Assembly (NCBI GenBank): GCA_965222605.1
Contig: OZ244960.1
Span: 3,008,001-3,072,000, forward strand
Reading direction: 5' to 3'
DNA length: 64,000 nt
DNA from: Candidatus Latescibacterota bacterium
GTDB taxonomy: Bacteria > Latescibacterota > UBA2968
Every line of letters starts with the position of its first letter. Within the stretch, counting starts at the first letter, position 1. The notes beneath the pieces are model-generated. The model searched no databases. It saw only the letters and a program-made list of their open reading frames with translations, and was not told the origin of the DNA. Shown here piece by piece: positions 9,333 to 18,493 of this stretch. Made by a program: the position numbers and the translations under genes.

Positions 9333-10109
9333 TCAAGAAATAGCCTGCACCGATGGACGTCTTCCCGCAGATGGCGGCGTTAAGATACGCCGCCGTTGAT
9401 CTGATGGATTGGTATAATCATCCGCATTGTAAAAATTATTGGAATATGCCAGATTGCCCGGAGCGTATTTGTACAAAAATGCTCGGCGTTCATGGCGTGC
9501 CCGCCACGGCATCGTGCCGTGCATCAGTGCTTCTGTAAAAATCAATGCATCGCCTGCTTCCACTTCTGGTTGAACCATATAATCGGGAACGCGTTCAAAA
9601 TCTCTCACTTCGAGTGGCACATTTTGTCCAAAATTGGTCTTATGGCTTCCTGGAATGCAGGTAAAGCCACCATCCCCCGCCTTTGCATCCGCCAAAAAGA
9701 AAGTCACCACACTCAACCCATTCAACATCTCACCTTCCAGATACAGATACTTGCGTTGACTGCCCCTGTGCCCACCGGGCGAGCCGTGCAGGCGGCCACA
9801 AGCAGCCCCCGGTCTCATAAAGATGCAATAGTCGTGATCAAGGCGAAACGTCGGACCGAGCAATTCAATTAAATACGGCAAAATACGCGGGTGATCAATC
9901 AGAGCCTGGGTCTCTGGCGACCACGCAGACACGCGCCCTACTTGTCGGCGACCTTTTCGCCCCTTTGAGTCCTCGTTCGGGTCGTCGTAATCGCGCACGA
10001 ATGTCGCATCAGCGACTTCATTGAGCCGTTTGACTTCCTGGGGCGTCAACACATTTTTAATGATCAAATATCCATCGAGATCAAATATAAACCTTTCTTC
10101 CGGTGTCAT
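9333..10109 (-). CDS. Phytanoyl-CoA dioxygenase (PhyH) family protein
   Basis: Motifs FDLDGYLII, GGFTCIPGSHK and AGDALIFTEALMHGT...RRAFLYKY. Confidence 0.88.
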   Translation of the reverse strand: MTPEERFIFDLDGYLIIKNVLTPQEVKRLNEVADATFVRDYDDPNEDSKGRKGRRQVGRVSAWSPETQALIDHPRILPYLIELLGPTFRLDHDYCIFMRPGAACGRLHGSPGGHRGSQRKYLYLEGEMLNGLSVVTFFLADAKAGDGGFTCIPGSHKTNFGQNVPLEVRDFERVPDYMVQPEVEAGDALIFTEALMHGTMPWRARHERRAFLYKYAPGNLAYSNNFYNADDYTNPSDQRRRILTPPSAGRRPSVQAIS

Positions 10110-10120
10110 ATCTCCCTCTT

Positions 10121-11266
10121 TTAAATATAATTCGTCGAACCATCGGGCGCTTTGGTACTGCCCCGTTCCCAGTGGACGTATTCGCCAGCTTTGATGACTT
10201 CTTCATTCACTTCCACGCCCAGGCCGGGACGATCTGGTCTCAATTCCAAATATCCATTCACGGGCCAATAGGGTTCATCCAACCAGTTCAGGGCATTGCT
10301 TTCATCGGGCAGGTGATATTCCAAAATTTTGAAATTGGGCGTGGCGGCTGCAAAATGGACATTGACCGCCGTAGCCAATGGTCCCATCGGGTTGTGCGGT
10401 GCCACCGTCACATAATGCGCCTGTGCAATCGCAGCGATTTTTCGCATTTCCAATAACCCACCGCATATACAAATATCCGGCTGAATAATATCCGCGCCAT
10501 CTTTCGACAACAAATCCAAAAACTCAAACTTCGTGTACAGAGATTCACCCGTTGCCAGCGGAACCTGCATTTGAGAACGCAAGCGTCCCCACGCATCGCT
10601 GTTCTCGGGCCTCAGGGGTTCTTCATAAAAGAGCGGATCGTAAGGCGCAAGCGCATTGGCCAGTTGCAATGCGCGAATTGGCTCAAAAATTTTGGCATGT
10701 GGATCAAATGCAAATTCCCAATTGTCATCCGAATGCTTCCGCAATGCCTCAAAATAATCAGCGGCAGCCGCACATACCCGACCCCATCGATCCGCACTGG
10801 GATCCAGGCGAAACGGGCTGGTCTTAAATGCCGTAATACCGTGCGCTTCATTTAGCTTGCGCGCAACACCTGCTGCTTCCTTGCCGTCTTTTCCGCCGAT
10901 ACTCCGATAAACCTGAATGCGATCGCGCACAGCACCGCCCAACAGCATATAAACCGGCAATCCCGCAGCTTTGCCACTGATATCCCACAGCGCGTGGTCC
11001 AGGCCCGACATGGCTGAAAGTCCAACCGCACCCGGCGGAAATCGGAACTGCTGAAACAGCTTGAGCATGATATATTCAATCCGCCGCGGGTCTTCTCCTT
11101 TAATCAGTTCAAAAATATAATCCAGCGTTGGACCAATTGCCAGATCAGGACCGGGGCTATAACACTCTCCCCATCCGTAAATGCCTTCATCGGTTTCGAC
11201 CTTCACCAGTGCACGAGACCGCCGCCCCATGCTCGCCATAAACGTCTTGATTGCTGTGATTTTCAT
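10121..11266 (-). CDS. Mandelate racemase/muconate lactonising enzyme family dehydratase (galactonate dehydratase-like)
   Basis: Motifs KVETDEGIYGWGE, ALWDISGK, FDPH, EEP, ATGE, QPD and APHNP. Confidence 0.9.
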   Translation of the reverse strand: MKITAIKTFMASMGRRSRALVKVETDEGIYGWGECYSPGPDLAIGPTLDYIFELIKGEDPRRIEYIMLKLFQQFRFPPGAVGLSAMSGLDHALWDISGKAAGLPVYMLLGGAVRDRIQVYRSIGGKDGKEAAGVARKLNEAHGITAFKTSPFRLDPSADRWGRVCAAAADYFEALRKHSDDNWEFAFDPHAKIFEPIRALQLANALAPYDPLFYEEPLRPENSDAWGRLRSQMQVPLATGESLYTKFEFLDLLSKDGADIIQPDICICGGLLEMRKIAAIAQAHYVTVAPHNPMGPLATAVNVHFAAATPNFKILEYHLPDESNALNWLDEPYWPVNGYLELRPDRPGLGVEVNEEVIKAGEYVHWERGSTKAPDGSTNYI

Positions 11267-12139
11267 TTATCCCCCCACTTTGCACGCAACGCGATAAACA
11301 TCCGTTCTCGCTGTAAAAAATAACGTCTTCCGATCTTCACCGCCCCAGTTCAAATTGGCAGCGGGAAGAGGCAGTTTAATTTTCCCAAGAAGATCGCCCT
11401 GGGGATTAAACACCCACACAGCACCCGGTCCCGTACAATAAATATTCCCATTGCGGTCCAGCTTCATGCCATCGGGTGCGCCCTCTTCATCGCCTTTTAG
11501 TTCGGCCAATACCTTGCCATTTGCGAGAGTGCCATCATCCTGTACATCAAATGCGCGAATATGTCCCCGCTGCGTATCATCGACGTACAGGGTTTTTTCA
11601 TCGGCTGTTATCGCCAATCCATTGGGGCGTTCAAAATCATCAATCAAAAGAATGGGTTCTGATTCGCCCGAAGACAAACGATACACCCCCAGGAACGGCA
11701 ATTCCTGTTCTGCTGCCACGCCGTGTCTGTTCGATAGACCATAAGGAGGATCCGTAAAAATAATGTCCCCGTTCTGACATACGATCAGATCGTTGGGCGA
11801 ATTTAGCTTTTTGCCCTGATAAGAATCCACCACCGTCTTCAATTCGCCATCCGCCTCAATGCTCACCCGCCGTCCAGAGTGTTCGCACGAAAGGAGCCGA
11901 CCCTGTCCATCCAATGTCAATCCATTTGAATGATAACTCGGTTGGCGGTATGCGACCACACCTCCTTCTGGCGTCCACTTAAAAATGGTATTTGCCGGAA
12001 TATCCGAAAAAAACAAACAGACTTGTGCCGGGTCCCAGACCGGGCCTTCGGTAAACTGAAACCCATCTGCAACCAATTCGGGTTCTGCCGCAGGATCAAT
12101 CAGATCAGCCATCTCGTCCCGAATAACTTCAATACCCAT
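11267..12139 (-). CDS. SMP-30/gluconolactonase family protein
   Basis: Motifs FTEGPVW, SNGL, NSPND, PNGL and PDGMKLD. Confidence 0.92.
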   Translation of the reverse strand: MGIEVIRDEMADLIDPAAEPELVADGFQFTEGPVWDPAQVCLFFSDIPANTIFKWTPEGGVVAYRQPSYHSNGLTLDGQGRLLSCEHSGRRVSIEADGELKTVVDSYQGKKLNSPNDLIVCQNGDIIFTDPPYGLSNRHGVAAEQELPFLGVYRLSSGESEPILLIDDFERPNGLAITADEKTLYVDDTQRGHIRAFDVQDDGTLANGKVLAELKGDEEGAPDGMKLDRNGNIYCTGPGAVWVFNPQGDLLGKIKLPLPAANLNWGGEDRKTLFFTARTDVYRVACKVGG

Positions 12140-12259
12140 TGTGTTAACCTTTCCTGAAGAGTAAAAAAAGCATTGTGAACCGTTTCAACGTCTTATATTA
12201 AAGACAACGGATCAATTTAAGAGCATTTATACACATCGGCAACCGTTAAAGGAGGGTCT

Positions 12260-13492
12260 ATGGAGCGCGTAATCAGCCTGCTGGGTCTGGTGGTCATGAT
12301 AGGTTTGGCCTGGGCTATGAGTGAGCACAAAAAGCAGGTGAACCTTCGCGTGGTATGGGGCGGGCTGTTGTTGCAACTTGTCCTCGCGGTATTCATTTTG
12401 AAAACATCAATAGGTGCTGCCATATTTCAAAGCATCGGAGATTTTTTCACCGCCACATTGGGCTTTGTCGATTCGGGCACAAGTCTGGTATTTGGAGAAG
12501 AATACGTCCATCACTTCTTTGCCTTCAAAGTATTGCCCACCATCATCTTCTTTTCCTCATTGATGTCAATCCTCTATTATCTGGGCATCATTCAAAAAGT
12601 CGTTGAAGCATTTGCCTATGTCATGCAACGCACATTGGGCACGTCGGGATCGGAAACACTCGCAGCAGCAGCCAATATTTTTGTCGGGCAAACCGAAGCA
12701 CCGCTGATGGTGCGTCCTTACATAAGCAGCATGACAAAATCCGAACTCATGGCATTGATGGTCGGTGGCTTTGCGACCATTGCCGGTGGCGTCCTGGTCG
12801 CCTATGCAGGCATGGGCATTGACGCGGGGCATCTCGTAGCCGCGTCGGTCATCTCCGCACCTGCAGCACTGCTCATTTCCAAACTGATGATTCCCGAAAC
12901 CGAGCAATCCGTGACCAGGGGACACGTTGAATTAACTGTGGAAGAAAAACACGCCAATATCGTAGATGCAGCAACCAAAGGCGCTTTAGACGGCATGAAG
13001 CTAACCCTCAACGTCGTCGCAATGCTCATCGCTTTCCTGGGCCTTGTCGCACTATTTGATGCAGCTCTGGGTCTGATTGGTGAGTGGATTGGCGCGCTCT
13101 TTGGATATAACTGGCACTGGTCCCTTGCCGCAGTTTTCGGTTATGTCTTTGCACCGTTCGCTTATCTTCTGGGCATCCCCTGGGCCGATTGCTTTTATGC
13201 TGGTGAATTATTGGGTAAAAAGATGGTGCTCAACGAATTTATCGCCTATGCACAAATGATGGAATGGTCCCAGCCCGATTCAGGCGTGGTCTTGAGCGAG
13301 CGGAGCACCTTGATCCTGACTTACGCATTGTGCGGCTTTGCCAACTTTGGCAGCGTGGGCATTCAAATCGGCGGCATCGGCGGCATTGCCCCAGAACGCC
13401 GTGCAGAATTAGCCCTGCTCGGCATACGCGCCATGATCGGCGGTACTCTTGCAATGATGATGACCGCTTGTATTGCTGGCGTTTTGATTTAA
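12260..13492 (+). CDS. nupC: Concentrative Na+/H+ nucleoside transporter (CNT/NupC family)
   Basis: Motifs VLPTIIFFSSL, ANIFVGQTEAPL, GGFATIAGGV, NEFIAY and YALCGFANFGS. Confidence 0.93.
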   Translation: MERVISLLGLVVMIGLAWAMSEHKKQVNLRVVWGGLLLQLVLAVFILKTSIGAAIFQSIGDFFTATLGFVDSGTSLVFGEEYVHHFFAFKVLPTIIFFSSLMSILYYLGIIQKVVEAFAYVMQRTLGTSGSETLAAAANIFVGQTEAPLMVRPYISSMTKSELMALMVGGFATIAGGVLVAYAGMGIDAGHLVAASVISAPAALLISKLMIPETEQSVTRGHVELTVEEKHANIVDAATKGALDGMKLTLNVVAMLIAFLGLVALFDAALGLIGEWIGALFGYNWHWSLAAVFGYVFAPFAYLLGIPWADCFYAGELLGKKMVLNEFIAYAQMMEWSQPDSGVVLSERSTLILTYALCGFANFGSVGIQIGGIGGIAPERRAELALLGIRAMIGGTLAMMMTACIAGVLI

Positions 13493-13496
13493 AAAA

Positions 13497-13525
13497 AAGA
13501 GCGCGTCAATAAAGACTCGCTCTTT
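13497..13525. terminator. Bidirectional intrinsic terminator between convergent genes
   Basis: AAAGAGCGCGTC-AATAAA-GACTCGCTCTTT with A/T-rich flanks. Confidence 0.65.
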
Positions 13526-13554
13526 CATTTAACGAACTCAAGTCGCGGCGCTTA

Positions 13555-14847
13555 CTATGCATGAGACCCCTTGACACCAATCGGCCAATTACAGGAGTCC
13601 GTGCGCGCATCTTTCATAAAGTTCTCTATTTTAGCGATCACATCCGGGTGATCCGCTGCAACATCGTTTTCCTCACCAATATCGTTTGCCAAATCGTACA
13701 ACTCAAGCGGTTCGTCGAGCAACCTGTGCGACGGATTGCGCACGGCCTTCCAATTTTTCCAGCGCACAGCCTGTTTGAAGCCCCCGCCAAAACGCTCCCA
13801 GTACAAAAAGCGTTCACCAATATCCTGTGATTCACCTGAAAGCGTCGGCAATATGCTCACGCCATCCATATTATCTGGCGCATCCATGCCGATCGCGTCT
13901 GCAACCGTAGGCATAAAATCGGCATAATACCACATTTGATCGCTCACAGTACCTGCAGAAATACGATCCGGCCAATGCACAATCATCGGCGTACGCAAAC
14001 CCCCTTCATACATCGTACCTTTTTGCCCGCGCAAAGCACCACAACTGCCAAACGGTTCCCACCGGCGTGCGGCTCCATGGTCAGAACCAAAAAACAAAAG
14101 CGTATTGTCCTTTATCCCCAGTTCGCGCAACAAATCCACAATCTGTCCAACCTGTGTATCAATTTTTGTAATCATCGCCGCATAAACTTTCTCATCTTCC
14201 GTCCACGGTTTATCGTCCCAGGCACTCGCATCGGGAATTTCATATCTCCCGTGCGGCAATGTCCACGGCAAATACAAAAAAAACGGGACCTCACTATTGT
14301 TGCGAATGAAGTCACAGGCAAAGTCAAAAATCATATCGTGAGAATAGTCGTCCTGCTGGCCGTCCAGATTTCCACTGAGAATAACCTTCTCCTCATTGTG
14401 CCACAAATAGGGCGGATAATACGAATGCGCGTTGCGCTGGTTGAGATACCCAAACCATTCATCAAATCCTTTGCGCGTGGGAATACCCGTCGTATCCGGT
14501 TCACCCAACCCCCATTTGCCGGTTATGCCAGTGGTATATCCCGCCTCCTTGAGCATCTCGGCAACCGTAAAATCCTCCGGTTCAAACGGCACCCGTTTCT
14601 GATCTCCCACACCGCCCACAATGCCAAAATTGTCGCGCACCCTCGTGTGTCCACTGTGCAAACCCGTCATCAAAACCGAGCGAGATGGCGCACAGATAGA
14701 AGACCCGGTATAACACTGTGTGAACCGCATGGATTCCGCCGCAAGCTGATCCAATCGGGGTGTGGGAATAACCTTTTGCTCATAACAACCCAGATCGCCA
14801 TAGCCAATATCATCACAGAGAATAAAAATAATGTTGGGCAATGACAT
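13555..14847 (-). CDS. Arylsulfatase (Cys-type)
   Basis: Motifs DDIGYGD, CAPSRSVLMTG, GKWGLG and YEGGLRTP. Confidence 0.93.
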   Translation of the reverse strand: MSLPNIIFILCDDIGYGDLGCYEQKVIPTPRLDQLAAESMRFTQCYTGSSICAPSRSVLMTGLHSGHTRVRDNFGIVGGVGDQKRVPFEPEDFTVAEMLKEAGYTTGITGKWGLGEPDTTGIPTRKGFDEWFGYLNQRNAHSYYPPYLWHNEEKVILSGNLDGQQDDYSHDMIFDFACDFIRNNSEVPFFLYLPWTLPHGRYEIPDASAWDDKPWTEDEKVYAAMITKIDTQVGQIVDLLRELGIKDNTLLFFGSDHGAARRWEPFGSCGALRGQKGTMYEGGLRTPMIVHWPDRISAGTVSDQMWYYADFMPTVADAIGMDAPDNMDGVSILPTLSGESQDIGERFLYWERFGGGFKQAVRWKNWKAVRNPSHRLLDEPLELYDLANDIGEENDVAADHPDVIAKIENFMKDARTDSCNWPIGVKGSHA

Positions 14848-14865
14848 AAACTATTTCCCGAAGTC

Positions 14866-16785
14866 TCACTCTTCCACCAACGCCAATTTTTGATCGTAAA
14901 CAGCCCGATCCTTTAACAGACGGACAGCTTCCTGGAACTGCTTATCACCCTTCAGCGTCGCTAAAATTTTGCCGTTGGTACCCCACACGCGATTGGCCAA
15001 TGCCCGTTCAATCTCCAGACGGATATACGGCTCGGCCTTATTATAATCGGCTTTGCGCTCGCGCTCTGCAGCCTGTGACAATTGACTGAGTGCAGTTATC
15101 GTGTCGTCTGTCAATACATCCTTTTCTTTTAGTGATTTTTCGACCTCTTGCACTTGAATTTCTGTATCCGTTTTATAGTCAAAACCCTCGGCATTAGCTG
15201 AATCTGCCATGAAAGTCCAGAATTGATCGACAATATCTTCGGGCAATGTATAGTCTTCAAACCGATTGGGGAATGATTGCGTCGTTGCAAAATCAACCGC
15301 AAAATCAAAAATCGATCCCTTGCGCAATAACGCCATCACCAGCCGCGGCCTGCGCTCTTGTTCAACCACCACATCGGGCTTAATCCCACCGCCGCCATAA
15401 ACTTTGCGCTTGTTCACGCGCGTTGTAAATACCTTTTCGGGATCGATATTTTCAGGCCCATTATGCTCGCTGGAAGCCAAACCCAACAACCCTTCCAATC
15501 GCATTCCAAGTACTTCTTCAGCCAGGTCCTTGTCCAGATCAAATCTTTCCTCGAGTTCCGTAATAACATCTTCGCGCCGTTCAGCCTGACCAATAATGCC
15601 AAAGAGTTCATAAGCCGAGACCTGTGTTGAATTTCCCACTGTAATCTCAATGGGGCCGCCGCGATATCGGCGTTTCTCTGCATTGTGAATGCTGCGCCCG
15701 CTCGGCGTATAATAGGCTGCTGTTGTCAGCTTCAAAGCTTTATCGCCCTGGCGACCCAATTGGCGCACGGTTTGTACAGATCCTTTGCCAAATGTTTGCG
15801 TGCCCACAATCAACCCCCGATCCCAATCCTGAATTGCCCCTGCGACAATTTCTGATGCACTGGCACTGCGCTCGTCAACCAGGATCACGAGTGGAATATC
15901 GGCGGGCAATATGGTGTCGTGTCGCGTTTTGTGACTGCGGCTCTGATCCGAAAGACGACCTCTGGTTGACACGACCAGCCGATTGGATGGCAAAAACTTA
16001 TCGACCACATCAACCGCTGCGTTGAGCAAACCGCCCGGATTGCCGCGCAGATCCAGAATAATCCCCGTGGCACCATTATTGAGCGAGTTGATCAATGCCT
16101 GTTGCAACTCCCCTCCTGTGCGTTCAGTAAATCGAGAAGAACTGAGCCAGGACATGGAAATATAACCGATATCGGGATCGACTTCGCCCGGAATTTGTAC
16201 ACTTGAAATGTCAATGCGCGCCCGAGTAATTGGCTGATCAAATGGTTCCTTCATTCCTGGTCGCTCAATTTTAATGGTCACGCCAGCACCTGGATTACCC
16301 CGCAAAATATTGACAATTTCGCGCAGGTCCTTGTCAAAAGTCGGATCCCCGTCAATGGCGATGATCCGATCTCCCACAACGAGCTTCGAGGTGTCGGCAG
16401 GCGTGTCTTCAATAACATTCATCACAACCGGAGGACCATCATCCTTCCCTCGCTTGCTGATCATAATGCCCAGTCCACCAAATTTGCCCTGTGTTTCTAT
16501 CTGAAGTTGCTTGAGGTCATTGCTATCAAAAAAGGTAGTATAAGGATCCAGATCCCACAACATGCCGGAAATGGCAGCCTTGCTCAAATCCTCTGGCTTC
16601 AGCTCATTGACATACTGGTTGAAGAGCAGGCGGTAGGCTTCGTTAATCTCCTCAAAACCGCGCCCCAATTGCTCATAAGTATCTTCGCCGGTCACCAACC
16701 GGGAATCGAGTACCAGATAAACACCCAAAACACCAATTAAAGTTGTAAAAATGGCGATTCTTCTTCGGAATCTCGCTCCAAACAT
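14866..16785 (-). CDS. ctpA: S41 family carboxyl-terminal protease (TM + PDZ + catalytic domain)
   Basis: Motifs LDPYT, GLGI (PDZ), LDLRGNPGG, SASASEI, TFGKGSVQ, YYTPSGRSI and GGGIKPD. Start placed at MFGARF. Confidence 0.92.
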   Translation of the reverse strand: MFGARFRRRIAIFTTLIGVLGVYLVLDSRLVTGEDTYEQLGRGFEEINEAYRLLFNQYVNELKPEDLSKAAISGMLWDLDPYTTFFDSNDLKQLQIETQGKFGGLGIMISKRGKDDGPPVVMNVIEDTPADTSKLVVGDRIIAIDGDPTFDKDLREIVNILRGNPGAGVTIKIERPGMKEPFDQPITRARIDISSVQIPGEVDPDIGYISMSWLSSSRFTERTGGELQQALINSLNNGATGIILDLRGNPGGLLNAAVDVVDKFLPSNRLVVSTRGRLSDQSRSHKTRHDTILPADIPLVILVDERSASASEIVAGAIQDWDRGLIVGTQTFGKGSVQTVRQLGRQGDKALKLTTAAYYTPSGRSIHNAEKRRYRGGPIEITVGNSTQVSAYELFGIIGQAERREDVITELEERFDLDKDLAEEVLGMRLEGLLGLASSEHNGPENIDPEKVFTTRVNKRKVYGGGGIKPDVVVEQERRPRLVMALLRKGSIFDFAVDFATTQSFPNRFEDYTLPEDIVDQFWTFMADSANAEGFDYKTDTEIQVQEVEKSLKEKDVLTDDTITALSQLSQAAERERKADYNKAEPYIRLEIERALANRVWGTNGKILATLKGDKQFQEAVRLLKDRAVYDQKLALVEE

Positions 16786-16798
16786 GGGGCGCCTCCAG

Positions 16799-16825
16799 GC
16801 GGTGTACAACTGCGTCAGCAGTTCA
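16799..16825 (+). repeat. Hairpin mini-element copy C (27 bp)
   Basis: GCGGTGTACAACTGC-GTCA-GCAGTTCA between tmk and ctpA. Confidence 0.8.
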
Positions 16826-16872
16826 TTTTTGATAAACGGCAATCAATTAAGGGTTGAAATCATAACGGCTAT

Positions 16873-17499
16873 TTAGTTCTCCAGCATTAGATCGGCAACC
16901 GCCTTCTTAACGTCTTCAAACACATCGCTTATGGGCCGAGAGCCATCAACCCGAAAAATGCGGTCGGGTTCAGATTTGTATGCCTCTTTAAAACCCTGTC
17001 GAACCCTCCGAAAAAATGCTTCATCTTCCGACTCAATGCGATCTCCCCCGGTTCCCCAACCGCGTTTTCGCGCAGTCTGTAAATCAACATCTAACCAGAT
17101 TGTGATATCTGGCATCAAACCACCCGTAGCCACGTTTTGAATCATTCTCAAGTCATCGAGATCTAATCCGCGACCATAGCCCTGATAAGCCAGTGTAGAA
17201 TCGACATAGCGATCTGAAATCACCACTTTGCCGGCATCCAGAGATGGTCGAATCAATTCGTTGACGTGCTGCGCGCGATCCGCTGAAAATAAGAACATCT
17301 CGGCGATTGCATCAATCTCGTCCTGCGATTGCTTTTCGAGTGCAAGACGCCGAATTCCCTGACCGAGGTCTGTATCACCCGGCTCATAAGTAAATACAAC
17401 ATTATACCCACTACCCCGCAGATAATCAAACAGCAACTTGGCCTGGGTGCTTTTTCCGCCTTTATCAGTGCCTTCAAATGAAATAAAAAAACCGGACAT
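16873..17499 (-). CDS. tmk: Thymidylate kinase
   Basis: Motifs FISFEGTDKGGKSTQ, EPG, ADRAQH and SDRYVDSTLAYQGYGRG. Confidence 0.95.
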   Translation of the reverse strand: MSGFFISFEGTDKGGKSTQAKLLFDYLRGSGYNVVFTYEPGDTDLGQGIRRLALEKQSQDEIDAIAEMFLFSADRAQHVNELIRPSLDAGKVVISDRYVDSTLAYQGYGRGLDLDDLRMIQNVATGGLMPDITIWLDVDLQTARKRGWGTGGDRIESEDEAFFRRVRQGFKEAYKSEPDRIFRVDGSRPISDVFEDVKKAVADLMLEN

Positions 17500-17522
17500 T
17501 TGTTCCCAATTTTTCTGCAAAG

Positions 17523-17553
17523 AAAAAAAGAACCCGGCGGTACCTCCGGGTTT
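17523..17553 (-). terminator. Intrinsic terminator-like hairpin after the CDP-alcohol transferase gene
   Basis: AACCCGG-N8-CCGGGTT followed by a T-run on the minus strand. Confidence 0.55.
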
Positions 17554-17580
17554 TGTCATCCTGTCTTCGACAATTAGGCC

Positions 17581-18174
17581 TTATGATTTTGTCAGCTTGC
17601 GAAAGTGAATGACCCGCTCCATCGCGGTAAAATTTCCCAACAGCGCAATTGCCCAGACCACAACGATCAAACTGATATCCCCAACCAGAGGGACGATCAC
17701 CCCGCCAGCACCAATGGCAATAACGCGCTCGGGACGCTGCATAAACCCAACTTTGCACTCCGCCCCAAGACCCTCAATGCGCGCGCGCACATAACTCACC
17801 ATCAGAGATCCTGCCAGTGCAAAAAAGACCGCCGAGCTTGTCCAGAGATCATCAGCTCGTATAAAACTGATCGCAATGCCAAACCAGATGAAAATTTCGG
17901 AATATCGATCAACAGTGGAATCGAGAAGCGCACCAAATTTGGATTCTGTCTTGCCCTTGCGCGCCACCTGCCCGTCAAGAAAATCAAAAATACCCGCAAC
18001 AAGCACCGTCAACCCGGCCCACATATACAATCCAAAGCCAAAGAGCACGGCGGCACCTATATTGAAAACAAACCCGATCATGGTCAACAAATCGGGAGTA
18101 AAGCGTTTTCCGACGAGATATTCTGTAGAAGGTGCCAAAATCTCGGCGACATCATCTTTAACTTTTTCAATCAC
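17581..18174 (-). CDS. CDP-alcohol phosphatidyltransferase (PgsA/phosphatidylinositol-phosphate synthase-like)
   Basis: Signature DxxDGxxAR...GxxxDxxxD, plus SYVRAR and RPER. Confidence 0.9.
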   Translation of the reverse strand: MIEKVKDDVAEILAPSTEYLVGKRFTPDLLTMIGFVFNIGAAVLFGFGLYMWAGLTVLVAGIFDFLDGQVARKGKTESKFGALLDSTVDRYSEIFIWFGIAISFIRADDLWTSSAVFFALAGSLMVSYVRARIEGLGAECKVGFMQRPERVIAIGAGGVIVPLVGDISLIVVVWAIALLGNFTAMERVIHFRKLTKS

Positions 18175-18341
18175 TGTTAAAACCCACGAATAGTGAAGTT
18201 TTTATTTGAATTTTATGACGTTAGCACAAATCCAAATATAGGCCAATTTTGGAGGTGTTGCAAGCGAAATTTCCCTTCAACGCAAGTTGAAAAACCACCC
18301 TAAAATTTCTGCATTTCAGTGGCAGAAAACACAAGATTTAT

Positions 18342-18446
18342 TGTGGAAAATTATGTGGATAACTTTTCCTCAATCGGACATTTTCAGTCCTTTATTGAAA
18401 AAAATCAACGATTTAAATTGTTAACACTATTATCCACTTTTCCACA
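18342..18446. promoter_or_regulatory. Secondary DnaA-box cluster flanking an IHF consensus (datA/DARS-like)
   Basis: TGTGGAAAA 18342, TGTGGATAA 18354, TTTTCCTCA 18364, IHF-type AATCAACGATTTA 18403-18415, TTATCCACT 18430, TTTTCCACA 18438. Confidence 0.7.
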
Positions 18447-18493
18447 TTCAATGCGACAAGTTCCCTTTGATTGCTTTTCCTCCTCACATCTGT

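Noticed and set aside
13936-14844. 302-aa ORF antisense to the sulfatase, and other long antisense ORFs (e.g. 32136-32825, 39050-39688)
   Set aside because: Shadow frames of well-supported genes, with no motifs.
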